Below, one piece after another: positions 14,317 through 27,690 of a DNA stretch of 64,000 nt; position 1 is the first letter of the stretch; each line of letters starts with the position of its first letter. The DNA lies in contig NW_024704742.1 in the NCBI RefSeq assembly GCF_018977255.1, positions 18,850,001-18,914,000 on the forward strand, in the 5' to 3' direction. A program made the translations under genes and the position numbers. The stretch is from Callorhinchus milii. Its lineage: Eukaryota. Under the pieces are notes generated by a model that worked only from the letters and a program-made list of their open reading frames with translations, ran no database searches and had not been told where the DNA came from.

Positions 14317-14638
14317 ATAATATAATAATAATTATCCTTGCATTTGATATAGCGCTTTTCACGTCTTCTCGATGTCTCAAAGTGCTTCACAGAATAGACT
14401 GTAAAGTGAATTGACCGCATATTTGTGGGCGAAACGCAGCAGCCAATTGCGCGCAGCAGTGTCCCACAAACAGTTGTGGATTCAAGTGACCAATTTATTA
14501 TTGTTTTTTGTTTTGGAGGGATTATTATTAGGTGTGTGGAGTAAGGAAACTTGCCCAATGTTTCGCCCTGCCAGGAATTGAACCTAGGTGTCTCGCTTGC
14601 AAGGCAAGTGTTCTAACCACTGAGCTACAGGACTCCAC
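14317..14638 (-). mobile_element. tRNA-derived SINE, short form
   Basis: Reverse complement of the 24497 family; lacks the internal block. Confidence 0.9.
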
Positions 14639-17600
14639 TTGCTTTCTTATTGCTATGATATCTTATTGCTAAGACCTGTGTCTTCATCACCCTCCTATCC
14701 TTACCCTCCCTGCACTCCATCCCTCCTGATCCCAAAAACCAGCTTGGGTGCAGATCTCTGACTATTCAGGCCTTGGGACATCCTGCTGACGTGAAAAGCG
14801 CTGCCCAAATATAATTTGTTTTCGCTGCTGCTGTTATGTTAGTGTTTAACCCAGTTTGCTGATTTACCAGTAATATCTTGAGCTTTAACCTTCTTTGCTC
14901 AGTTATGCAAACATAATCATTTTTTTCAGTGGCATAGCTTGCAATGTCCTACTGCTGCAGTATAAAATAATGGCTCTGCAGTGGAATCATTGGGAAACAT
15001 TCGCCATTAAAATGGAATTATTTGCTAAAAAAACACCTGCTGATATTATTGGACTTGTGTTTTATAAGCTATTTATATTATTAAGCCTGACTGGTTCTTA
15101 AAGCAAGAAAGGTGTACTGTGATCTGCCCATGAATAGATCTATTGGTGGCATAATTTTAAGGTTTCCTATTTGCAGATCAATGTATAACATTAATATTAA
15201 TTTTTATATACTGTATAATGAATAATCTTTCTCCTAACAGGGATCAGAGAATTTAAAATTACTTAGGTATTAAATCTCACACGCACTCCTCTACCCTCCA
15301 AACCCACTTCTCAGCTGGTTTGAGCCTTTTGCACATCCCTCGACCCCTATGCTCCACCATCAGTCGCTATGCTTTCATCCACTATGTGCCGACCCTCTGG
15401 AACTCCCTACCTCAATCCCTCTGCCTTGTCCCCTCTTTCCCTATATTCAGATCACATCTCACAAGATGAATCAAGATGAAGAAGGCTCTTCGGCCCATCC
15501 AATTCCATCCCACCAGAACATCTATCCTACTGTCCTAAAACCTACCATACCATCTGCTACTTTCTCCCTGGCTCAGTGTCAAACTATTCCATTTTTAGTT
15601 ACTCCAAGATGCTATGCTGTATGAAGGCACTACTATTGTTGTAAATACAATGGATCAAAAATTGATAGCGACAGACATTTTATATTCAGTTTGCCATTTA
15701 GCCCTTACTTTGAATTTCAAACTATTATAACACAGAAATTAACTATTTAGTCCATCAACAACAACAACAACAAGATTACATTTGTATAGCTCCTTTCACG
15801 TTGGGAGGACGTCCCAAAGCGCTGGATAGAGTACAGCATTTCAGACCTATGATGGCATTTTTCTGTACATGAGCCAACTGGAAAAAAAAATCCAATCCCA
15901 CTCTTTCTATTTGCTCTCCACGACCTTTAATGCTTCTCCTTTCTCAAACATCTAATTTCCTTTTAAAATAATTTATAGACTCTGCTTCAGAAACGGTTGC
16001 GGCAGAGAATTCCACATTCTAGCCACAACTCTATGTAAAGTTTTTTTTTGCTAACATGCCCTTTAATTCTTTTCAGGATTATCTGTAGAGAATTCCATAT
16101 CCCTGGGTTAGTCTTTTTCGAAATAAAGAATGGGGGGTGGAAGTGGCAAACAGGAATCCTGCATGTGATCTTATCGCTACTAACATTTATTACATCAACC
16201 AAAAATGTAGTCAAAACAGGCAAGAGTAATCACTTGGGGATGAACAGTTTAGACAAACAGCTCCTTTTAGCTAACTGTGATGGATCATTTCTACCCATAC
16301 TGGTGACAAATGGAAAAAGTTTGGGTTGGTCTTGGGATAACCTCATAGGCCATGCTCAAGGAGCAAAGACTACAAGGATACAGCTTGTCACAGATCCCTT
16401 TAAGAAGCCTCAGCTCAGCGAAGGGAAGTACAAGAGAATAAAATGGCCTCAGGTGGAATATTAATACCTCATTTGAACTGATAATGGAGTCATTAACTTA
16501 GTAATAAACCAAAGGATGGTTTGGAACAGGTCTAATTTTTCTACTCAGTTGGACGCTTAATACATGTGGAAGCCCATCTCCGTGCTTAAGAGTATCTAAA
16601 CCAGACTGAGAGTTCCATGCATGCCACGTGCACTTCTGGAATGGATGTCATGTGCATGTCTGGAATGGAATGTGCACTCTCTCCCCACAGATATTCATCC
16701 AGTTTACCTCATTCAGGAGAGGATTCTGCTCAGATTAGCAGGAGCCAAAATTTGGAGACACAAAAGTGTACAGTGGAGTACCACTGGAGTTCAACCAGCT
16801 TGTCATTGAAAGCCCTGTCTGGCAGGAATCCCTTCTCCCATTAACTTATCCACTTATCTCCCAGGTGGGTCTATCATGAGCAGTGGCCTGAAGTACTGCA
16901 GTCCTGCCTGGCTCAGACATTGGATTACGAAGGCTGCAAGGCTGCCAAAGAGGGCTGAATCAATTCCAATGTTCCATTGCCAAGTATGTCATCTTGGAGC
17001 CAGTTCAGCTCCAAGGAGACCACGCTTATATCCTCTCAAGAAGAATAGTCAGGAGGTCTTTATCAAAACAGAGGGTTGACTCAGAAAGGACAGTGGCTCC
17101 CAGGGAGTCAAAGATCTTGGTTCTGCTAAGAAGTGAGACAGGACAGCATTTGTTTTGTGTTAAATGTGCTTTGGACTTGTTCTGTAGAGTTAAAGCTTAT
17201 GAGCTTGTGAACATTATTTTGCAAAGAATGTGGTGCAAGATCTTAGACTGTTGGATAAAAGGGTGGGAGGCCTTTGGCCTTTGTATAGACTTGGCTGGCT
17301 CTGACATGTAAGAAAGGAAGGGGCTGCTTTCATGTAAAAAAACAGCACTGTTTGTGGTCTATTTGGACATTCACACAATGAAGCACAAGAATCATTGTAT
17401 TGAACCAAAAATAATACAAAACGTTACAAGTAGTTTTAATAAAACTATTTTTTTTAATTCTGATGAAAATCTACTAAAATTATTACTTCTATTCCCGTCG
17501 GATCACCATTTAAGCTTTTAGTTTCTATAGCTTCTTGTCTGTTTTGTCCATTTTGTTAATTATTTTGACTCATTTAGAGTTTAGAGTATTCTTTCAAAAG

Positions 17601-18214
17601 TATTCCTTTTATAGTAAAATGTTCCTCGGCCAAACAAAAGACAAGTGATTGACGTCGACTTGATTTATTGACAGATGACAATATCTCTGTTTTTCAGTCA
17701 ATTCTGCAAACAGACTGGATGAGGTAATCCATTGAGCGCCTGGGTAAACAAATAAAGTTAATCAATGGTACCTCACTCAATATACTCAAAGGATACGATT
17801 GTAAATATTGATCTGTATGAGTTCCTGAACATGCTAGTGACACTGAGCTGTAACTTACGATATTTGTAACAGGGTGAGAAGAATTAGCTTGAGCTTCCCA
17901 CACATCCGTCTCATCCTTGAACACATCCTGAGCAAAAGGATTGGGGCTGACGATTGTCCAAAGCTGCCAGTAAGAACACAAGAGAGCAAAATGGACTGAG
18001 GTGGGTGAGAATTTTTTTGCCATTTTTTTCTATAATTGGAATAAATGTTTCCCATTTCTTTTAACAAATATCGAGAATTTGATCGCAATGTTTGTAGCAA
18101 ATGGATGAAATGATTGAGACTATTGTTGCCTTTTTATATGCAACAACGATAACAACAACTTGCACTTATATAGTGCATTTTACGTGGTGTAGCGTCTACA
18201 GATGCACTAGGCTG

Positions 18215-18522
18215 GGTGAGAGCACTTGCCTCTCAAACAAAAGTACCTGGGTTCAATTCCCGGTAGGGCAAAGCTTTGGGCAAGTTACCTTACTCCACAC
18301 GCAGTACCTAGCAGTAAGTAGGAACCCGATTGTTAGTCGATTGGCAGATTGTTTATCCAGAAGTAATAATTCCTTGAAAATAAATAAAAATAATTTGGTC
18401 ACTCAATCCACGACTGCTGAGTTTCGCCCACAAATTATACAGTCAATTCACTTTCCAGTATATTCTGTGAAGCGCTTTGAAGACGTGATAAAGTGATATA
18501 TCAAATGCAAGGATTATTATTA
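18215..18522 (+). mobile_element. tRNA-derived SINE, long form, partly deleted
   Basis: B box gggttcaattcc, internal block cctagcagtaagtaggaacccgattgttagtcgattgg, shared tail. Confidence 0.8.
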
Positions 18523-20159
18523 ATCTCAGCCCTTTCCAATCCATTTTGGGTCCCCTCCCAGTCCAACAATAATGAATAGAAAAGTGAACTAGTCATCCAC
18601 CCACCCAACCTGCAGGCAAATATAATTCATAATTTTCAAAAAACGGGGCGTGGTCAAAATTGTTGAAGAACTTGTTGAAGAATTTTTATACCCATTTGCC
18701 CTAAGGTTAATATCTGTAACTCTTTTCCTTCCCCCCTTTCCAAATTGGGATAACACACACTGCAACCTATCAGTACGGTGAGAATCGTTAGCTGACACAC
18801 TGTTCTAGGGGAGGTGGGGGATTGGAGTGTGTGGGGAATTTATGGGCCTGTCATTTTTGTCACCAGTCATTTAAGTCTCACTGGAGAAATATTCCAGGTC
18901 AAAACCACAAAACTGTCTCATCCTTAAATACATATAGATCCTGGTGTGGTGTTATATACTTTTGTTACAGTGTGGGTCCATTTACAGAGTGGTTGTAGTC
19001 TGGACTTATGATGCAAGTGAGGTATATGATTTCTGGGGCAAAATACATGAGGACAGTGGCTTTCCCAGTGCCCTTTAACCGCTCGCGAGAACATTTGTTG
19101 GCTTTTTGCGTGCTGTGTTATCGGCAATTTGCTGAGCCAGAAGTGATGACCAGTGGCCATTGTATAGTACAACCCATTATAATGTAGGGTTTGATTATAC
19201 GTGTTATAACAAGATCTGACTGTATTCTTTCCAAACCAAGTCCCTGAATTACCTTGGTTTTCTAAGCACAAGAATTTTTTAAACTAAGAGTGTATTTTTA
19301 ACAGGAATACACTTCATGCAATTTTATCAGCTGGGGGTGGGGGTCTGACACTTAAACCTGGGCTGTATCTCCAGTTCCACTTACTGACAACTCACAGAAT
19401 CTGTGTTTGGCAGGTTCTGAATGTGTGGGATGGGGGAAAGGGAGGAGGACCATGACAAACCTAATTTACCCGGAGACTGACATTTTACATTATTCTCACT
19501 TCTGTTTGCTATTTAGCCCTTTCAAATGAATACAGGTTGTCAAAAGCAAAGGGACCCCAAGGTTTGTATTGATGTACAGTAGGAATGGAATCAGTTAAAA
19601 CTGTGCAACCCAAACAGTAGGACACGCTGATTAGTTTCCTGCTGTTTATCCAGTTTGGACCACCCTCCTTGTTAGGGATTTGGCTTTCAGAGTTATCAAC
19701 AGCTGAGTGGGAAGAATCCCATTCCTCACAAATATGTCTTCCCCTTTAAGTCCCTTTGATGTGCCAGGCTGGCTGGTCAATCATAAACAGTGTGCTGGAG
19801 TACTGCAGACGTGCCTGGCTTACCAGAGATTTTACTCAGTTCCACTCTGCCTTCACTAAATATGTCTCCATGGAGCCAACTTGATTCCAGAGAGACACAC
19901 TTACTTCCCCCAAGCGGGTCTCTCTGGCACTGAGTTAGATAGTCACAGGCTAGTCATCAGTCAGCTGTCAAGTGCGGATTTCAGCTCTCATAGCCGGATA
20001 ACTGAGGCCAGAAACTTCACCTGAGCAGTGTCGTGAGCCACACAGTGACACATGAAGGGGTGAAAATTGCAGGATTCTTAAATTCTCTTGTTACCTCTTG
20101 ATCCCCAGCTCAATGTCAAACTATGCCATTGATCAGCACTCCGAGATGCTACATCACAG

Positions 20160-20380
20160 TTAGGAGAAACTCCCTTCTCTTTTCAAGTAGTGCCATGTGA
20201 TTTTTAACATGCAGTTCAACAGGCAGACGGGACCTCTGTTTAATATCTCATCTGAAGAAAGGCAACAATGCAGTACACCACATTGGAGAGTCAGTTTAGA
20301 CAATATGAGTTCAAATCCTGACACAGGGCTCAAACCCACGACTTTCTGGCTAGAATGTTACCGAATGAGACAGGCTAACA
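20160..20380 (-). mobile_element. Deu-domain SINE 5' fragment
   Basis: Reverse complement of the Deu core (gtgccatgtgatttttaacatgcagttcaacaggcagacgggacctctgtttaatatctcatctgaa). Confidence 0.7.
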
Positions 20381-20716
20381 CATCAGCCATTCTAAGGTGA
20401 GGATACACTGTTGAGAAGACCTGTGGACTAGATTTGGGCGAGCACTGCCAATGAGTTGCAAGAGGGGCTAGAGGGGTCCAGTAGGTGCCATGGGTTGGTG
20501 CTGCTCTCCAATCTATCTACAGCTCATCTCTTTAAGGGGCTGCTGGTAGGGGAAAGCCCTGAGCCCCAAGGAGGACTACAGCTAGTTCTCCAAGCAACAC
20601 CAACCACAGCACCACCCAGCCCCCTATAACCCCTCTCTCAACTCATTGGCAGCACTCACCCACTTGTAGACCAGAAGGCTGCTCATCAGTGTATCCTCAC
20701 CTCTGAATGGCTGATG
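20381..20716. mobile_element. Foldback element / MITE with long imperfect inverted arms
   Basis: catcagccattctaaggtgaggatacactgttgag... versus ...ctcatcagtgtatcctcacctctgaatggctgatg; inverted similarity continues inward for over 100 bp. Confidence 0.75.
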
Positions 20717-23700
20717 ACCTGTCAGTCAGAATAACCCTTTAACTGAGGTTTACTCAAGGGAATGATCCTTTAACTGAGTTTCACTCAGCCCCCCACCCCG
20801 CAGAATATTTTCACCTTTTGCCTATGCCCCCCTCCCCATTCCTTCCCTTCCTTCACTCCCCCACCCCCATTACCAACCGGAGCACAGATTCTGCCAGACT
20901 GTCTGCAATGGAATGGTAAAAATAATGATTTGTAGACCAAACACGTGTTGAACTTGCAATGATATTTATCCACACTGTGCACAAAGGGTAAATTGGGCCC
21001 CATCTGTCTCAGCAACAGCTGTGGCAACTCACAACAGGAACACACTGGGATCTGCAATGATATCATCTTACCAAGCAACAAACCTAGTGGGTGAATGAAG
21101 CAGAATGCACCTGCCAGACATGCACAAAGAAATTAACTTTGATACTTTGATTATGCTGATCTCACCTACAGATTGATTTTGTTTTGAGCAATAATTTGTT
21201 CATTGGTGGCTTGATTCTACCAGCGATAAATATTTGTCACTGGGTTAAATCTGTTAGGAATTCACCATGGTGTAAAATCTCAGCACTAAGGTGCTATTTC
21301 TACCCAACAGTAAATCAATGGAAAAACTCATCAGTCCAAAAAAAAAAGCTTGTAAACCTCAAAAATTATCTACCATCAGGAGGCACTTTACTGCTAAATA
21401 TTTTCCGGAGGAACATAGAAGCAGGAGTAAGGTGTTTAGCCTGGCCGATCTGTTCCACCAGTTTACTAGATCATGGCAAATCTTCTAATCCTATTTACCC
21501 ACGTTTTATTTCCATTTCCCTTAATAGCCTTAGTTACCTAAAATCTAAGGGATGCAAAATTCGGTATGTGATGTGATAACTATCATTATTGATTGTCATC
21601 ATAGCGAGAGGTAAGAGTCTCCTTGGAGCTGAACTGGCTCCATGATAATATGCTTGACAATGGAAATGAGTTAACCCTCTGTGGCGGTCTTGGCTCCTGA
21701 GCCAGGTGGGTCTGCAGTAATCCAGGGTCCTGTGGATGACAGCCCATTCGGTCTGGTTCATCCTGTTAACATTGCAAGCCCAAGTCCCAATGGGTAGGGT
21801 GGTCCTAGCTGGATTAACACATAATGTCCCATAATGTATCTAATAGACCCCGAAAATGTCTTATCTGAGCCATATATTATCAAGACTGTACGTACAACCT
21901 AACCTTATCTACTGATTCCTGAAACTGGTTCTCTTACTGAAGATCAACCTCATTGTTCTCTTCTGCACTAGTTGTAGAGCCCCCCCAATATTATGATAAC
22001 CAAAACACTAGGGCCTGCCAAGTATACAGTTTCATGGCTTCAGGAGATTTGAACTCAATTGTGATGACAATATAGCCTGGCACTCTTTTTCACTTGTTTA
22101 TTGCTGCCTTGAACTCTTTGGGCGCAGAGAGTGACAGTCATCTAATATACATGTTTTAGATGAGGCGGATACATACATATGAAGCAGATACATACAGATA
22201 ACCCTCCGAGCAGACTTGATCTTGAAAGTGCCTAAAAATATTATGAACAGAAGGAAATACTTGTCAAGTCTGATTAACATTGACAGCACTGCTCTTACGA
22301 AATTGAGATATTAGTATGGATGCAAGGCCAGGACCCAAGGAACTCAGTTCCAAAAGGTTTCTTGACCTCAATAAATGGAATTAGCTTTCCTGAGATTTGT
22401 GAAAAAACAATCATATAAAACCAATGTTAATTGAGGTGAAACCAAGGATGGATAGACAGACAGGTGGTGAATAGGACATCTTTGCCTCGTCATTCTCATG
22501 TTATTGGAGATTCAGGTATTCTTTTCTCGCAATCAACAAAGATAAGGAAATCCAGAGAACAAATTCCTTACAAATACGCTGTCACTACAATTGATAGCAA
22601 TTCACTGCAAAGTCCTTTAAGCATTTTGGCAAAATAAGCAATTTATCGAATGCAAGGATTATTAATTATTGACAACCTGGAATGGTGGAGTGGGGGGTTG
22701 GTGAGAGGATCAGGAAATGTATTGACCTTGAATCACACCCAGTTAGCAGAATTTAATATTGCTGAATTCAGGGTATGAATCCCCTATTTTAGATCCCAAT
22801 AGAAAACAAATGCCCAAAACTATTTCATTAAAAAAAAATTGAATAATTTTGTAATCTCAACCATATTTATGCCGATGCGCGTTTATTGCGATCGAGTCAT
22901 CAAAGGAGACCACAGTTATACATTTCAAAAGACAATTGCTGAAGCGATAAAATCAGAATTGCTTGGTTTGGAATCCTCTTCAGTCCTTTTGTTCTTTGCT
23001 GTGTTCTTACTATACTGCACGGAAGGTTTCTTCTAATTCACATGTGATGGACATGAAATTCTTACTCACATTGAATAAATGCTTAGATAACCTTTGACAC
23101 GTGAAGAGTTTCCAATATGTTGTACATGAAGCACTTCTGGTATTTTTTTCCCATTATGGCAACAGCTTGGAGGAAAACACTTCTTCTGTATGGTTCGGGT
23201 ATCATTATTATTCCGCGAGACTCTTCTGCACATGTCTGGTTCACTCGAGTGAGAAAGAAAAGGCAGCTGTGTGGTTGGAGTCCCTGCAGATGAGGAATGT
23301 GTGAGCAAAGCCAAGGCTGTCTTTCTATCTGGCTCTCCTTTGACTTGCATTCCTATGGTGCACACTGCACAACATCACAGAGCACCGTGAAGGAGACAGG
23401 ATTTCTCGCTTTCCAAAATGTGGCTTTGCACATTTTCTCCCTTTCCCTCGTCTCCTTACCGTGCCCACACTCTCTTTCTTCTCTGATGAGGAGGACAGCT
23501 TAATCGGGCTGGCCTCACTGCATTTTTCTGCAGATGCTTAGATACTGTTTCTCAGGAGTTTTGTCACCAAACAGGTGGCAGGTGGCAGAGGGGAATCTCT
23601 CCCCCGATCTGATAATCAAGCAGAGATACCCCTCACGGCCACCCACATAAAAATGTAGCTCTGTCTAAGATTGAAATGTGGGCTCCCAATTGAGAATCTA

Positions 23701-24399
23701 CCACCCTATCATGATAGTTATAGCTTGCTTTCCCCAATACTGCATTGTTGGCTTGTCTCTCCCACATTTGTAATGAAAACTGTGGGAATCCAATCTGCAC
23801 ATTTTTACTCTCAAAACCGAAGAGTTAAAATGGGAAATATCTAGTAAGTTTGGATTGTGTCTTAATTGTTTTCCATCCATCTGATCAAGGAATGTGTGGA
23901 GCAGACCTGTCCAGCAGATCATCAGTGGACATTTTGTATTCTTGTACTGGTTGCTATGGTATTTTGCATTGCAGGATCAGGAGTAGAGAAGATACTTCAA
24001 AACGCAATATTTTCCTACAGGTTTTATAAAACTTTATTAAACTAACACAACTTTAATACCTTTCTGTACACACCTTTACAATTTAGTCTGACAATCTGGT
24101 AGAAGGGCATAGATTGATGCTGGGTCAGGCTCTATGCAATGTTGAATGGTGATGATGTAAGGAATAAAGGATGAATATTCCAGAGGTTTCTCTTACTAGC
24201 CTTTGGGGAGAAGTTAATAGGTCTGCAGATCATGCCCTTAAGGGGTTGTAGTGAGTGGGTGGAGTAGATTCCATGATAATGTAGAGTTTGTATGATCTAT
24301 GGAAGGAACGGGACAAGTGCCCTTTTCTCATTCCATGTCGACTGTAGTATAATAAACAATCACTGAGTACTGGTGTCCTGAGTTTATTTGAGTCTGGAA

Positions 24400-24945
24400 T
24401 CTGGAATTAATCTGGAACTCTCTCTCCCAAAAAGCTGTGGATGCTGGATCCATTCACATTTTCAAGACTGAGGTGGATAGATATATGTCAGGTCACGGAG
24501 TCCTGTAGCTCAGTGGTTAGAGCACTCGCTTTGCAAGCGAGAGACCTGCGTTCAATTCCAGGCAGGGCGAAACCTTGGGCAAGTTTCCTTACTCCACACG
24601 CCTAATAATAATCCCTCCAAAACCAAAAAAACAATAATAAATTAGTCATTTTCGATCTACAACTGTTTGTGGGACATTGCTGTGCGCAATTGGCTGCCGC
24701 GTTCGCCCACAAATATACAGTCAATTCACTTTACAGTGTGTTCTGTGAAGCGCTTTGGGACGTCCTCCCGACGTGAAAAGCGCTATATCAAATGCAAGGA
24801 TTATTATTATTATATTATTATTATTTAAGGGATACAGGGTAAGGGCGGGTAATTCAACTTGAGATTCAAATCAGCGATAGTCTTCTAAAATGGCGAAACA
24901 GGATCGAGGGGCTGAATGACCTACTCCTGTTTCTATGTTTCTATG
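24400..24945 (+). mobile_element. CR1 LINE 3' end interrupted by a SINE
   Basis: atctggaactctctctcccaaaaagctgtggatgctgg...tttcaagactgaggtggataga, resuming after the SINE as taagggatacaggg...ggctgaatgacctactcctgtttctatgtttctatg. Confidence 0.8.
24497..24825 (+). mobile_element. tRNA(Ala-like)-derived SINE, short (young) form, full length
   Basis: A box TAGCTCAGTGG, anticodon arm CTCGC-TTTGCAA-GCGAG (TGC), B box GTTCAATTCC, L2-like tail gggacgtcctcccgacgtgaaaagcgctata, (ATT)n. Confidence 0.93.
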
Positions 24946-25665
24946 AGTCTTGAACACAACCCAATGCACTTGAATAACCATCCCCTGTGCCCCTTTCACA
25001 GTATCCTTTTATACTGTTCTAACCAGTCCACCTTAGTTCTTAATTGAGTGGTGTTGTCTCTTAAAGAGATTTCTCCACATCTATGAGTGTGCTCAAAGTC
25101 ACCATTTGTGATGTACAAGCATCTGCCCACATACAAACCGGTAAATGTACAATTGCTTAACTATTACAGTCCATCCTCTCTATAAATGCATCAAACTGCA
25201 CAGCACCAGCGGTTCTGACATTAAAGAGCTACTTGACATTCAAATGATTGTGTAACGTTTAAAGCACTCAGTCTTTGTGCAGTATAAAAGCTTAATTGAA
25301 GGCTGGTAGGTGTCCTTGAATGTATATATGTGTGTAACAAATTAATTAGGAACTCAAAGTTTGATATGAATGTGTCAAAGGTCACCACCTGAATTACTTT
25401 ATCACATGCTCTTGGCTATCGATCTCCCTGGGAGATAGTGACCTACAGCAGTCACAAAGATGAACTGCCACTGAACTGGCTGTGACTCAGAATAACCCTC
25501 CGAGGCAAAAAGAAAAATTCCAAACACTAATATACATTAAAACAGGGACTAACATGTATTTATTTTCCAAAGTTTGTAGTGTACGAGTGTGCTTTCTTTT
25601 TAAAATATAAAGGATTCCTCCTTCCATTTAACTAGTAATTGTGACCACGTATCAGTACAAGAGTT

Positions 25666-26022
25666 ATAATAATAATCCTTGCATTTGATATAGCCCCTTA
25701 TCAAGTCTTCGAGGTGTCTCAAAGCGCTACACAGAATATAGTATAAAGTGGATTGAATGTGTATTTTGTGGGCGAAACGCGGCAGCAATTGCGAACAGCA
25801 GTGTCCCACAAATAGTCATGGTAACATTTTTTGGGAGGGAAGGATTATTACCCCCAGAAAGCGATCTGCCAATTGACTAACAACTGGATACCTACTTACT
25901 GCTAGGTAAACAGAGGCGTGTGGTGTAAGGAAACTTGTCTAAGGTTTAGTCCCATCTGGGAATCAAACCCGGGTCTTCTCAATCATGAGGTGAGTGTTCT
26001 AACCACTATGTTACGGGACTCC
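25666..26022 (-). mobile_element. tRNA-derived SINE, long form
   Basis: Reverse complement including the internal block; ends ...acgggactcc. Confidence 0.88.
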
Positions 26023-26949
26023 GCAGAGTCTCTGCCCTTCTTTGGAACTGAAAATGTCTCAGTTTATCAGAGATTGGGGTGAAAATGCAATGTATAACAG
26101 ATTAAATGTGATTTTTCAGGTAGAGGCAGTGACAGTCTGGTCAGCGTTTCAAGTTAGTGTCTTGTCAGTGACCATGTCAGTCACTAGTGTGATTTCCCCC
26201 GTTATAACGACACATTTCTGATGGTGCTAGGCGTAATGCCAACCAGAATTTCAACCCAAGAATGAGTAATGAAACATCAGATTGTTTACCACATTGACAG
26301 TAAAGCATTAGTACTGGTGCTTGAGAAAATCCTGGTCTACGTTATGCTCACGTTAAGTGCCCTGCCCACACATCTGACTTTGTGGCTGGAAGAGACAGCA
26401 GCAGAAGCAGAGCCCGTTTAATGGTATATCGTTGTGGTTACATTGATGGACTTGCTGTGTAGGCGGATCAGCAACAAAGCTGGACAGTTAGTAACTCCCT
26501 CAGCAGACATCACCAGCACATCAGTGGGTGTTTTGTATTCTTGTTCTGGTTGCCATGGTATTTTGCATTACATGGTCAGGAGGAGAGAAATTTGGAAGAG
26601 AAGTAAAGGACACTGATGTCTGTAGGTGAATAAGAACTTGTCTGCAACTCAGGACCTTCAGTATATGTTGAACTTATATAAATGCTGTGAAGTATCGTCA
26701 GCTTATGTGTGTTGTTGGATATTTTTACACTAAATAGAAATGATTTCCCCAACTTGCAAGACATCATTCCTGTGCTGAAAGCTTGATGCCAATTAAATTC
26801 TGGATCAATACAGCATTGCTAAACTCTGCCAGCACAGAAAACAGAGCTGCTGAAACCTAACACATGGAAGTACATTATAGGCACATTTTTTTGCAGCATG
26901 GCAAGCTGCAAGTGATTGACAAGCCAGACATCACTGGCATAAACATAAA

Positions 26950-27260
26950 GGAGTCCTGAAGTCAATGGTTAGAGCACTCGCTTTGCAAGTGAGAGACCTG
27001 AGTTCAATTCCAGGCAGAGGGCGAAACATTGGGCAAGTTTCCTTACTCCACATCCCTAATAATAATCCCTCCAAAAAACCAAAAACAATAATAAAAATTT
27101 TCAATCTACGACTGTTTGTGGGACATTGCTGTGCGCAATTGGCTGCCGCATTCGCCCACAAATATACAGTCAATTCATTTTACAGTGTGTTCTGTGAAGC
27201 GCTTTGGGACGTCCTCCCGCTGTGAAAAGCGCTATATCAAATACAAGGATTATTATTATT
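26950..27260 (+). mobile_element. tRNA-derived SINE, short form
   Basis: Highly similar to 24497-24825. Confidence 0.92.
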
Positions 27261-27349
27261 AGGATGGGTTTGATAAGTTGTCCCTTGTGTTAAATAACCC
27301 AAGGAAAACATTACAAAACACAGTAAACGTTCCTTAAATGAAATTATAC

Positions 27350-27690
27350 AACATTATTCCTTGTATTTAATATAGTTTCTGTAATGTCAAAAGTTTCAAT
27401 GTGTCTTACAGGTTGTCTGTATATTACAATCATATTTTGTAGATCAACACAGCCAATTTGCACGCAGCAATGTACCACCAACAGTCATGAAGTGAACGAC
27501 CAATTTTATCTAAAATATATTTGGCCAGGGCCAAATAGAAACCCACCTCTCTTTTTGAATAGTGTCATGGGATATTTAGCTTTCAGCACGACAGGTAGAC
27601 TGGACCATGGTTTCACATTTCATCTGAAAAGTGGCACCTCCAACAAAGTAGTATTGCCCCAGCACTGCACTGAAGTGTCAGCTTAGACTA
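27350..27690 (-). mobile_element. Deu-domain SINE, degenerate
   Basis: Reverse complement Deu core catctgaaaagtggcacctccaacaa and shared 3' half. Confidence 0.65.

Noticed and set aside
16617..16680. Degenerate ~24-bp tandem repeat (gtgca..tctggaatgga)
   Set aside because: Only about two and a half decayed units; ordinary slippage product.
24497..24570. tRNA-Ala(TGC)-like sequence as a real tRNA gene
   Set aside because: No proper acceptor stem; it runs straight into SINE body and recurs in many copies.
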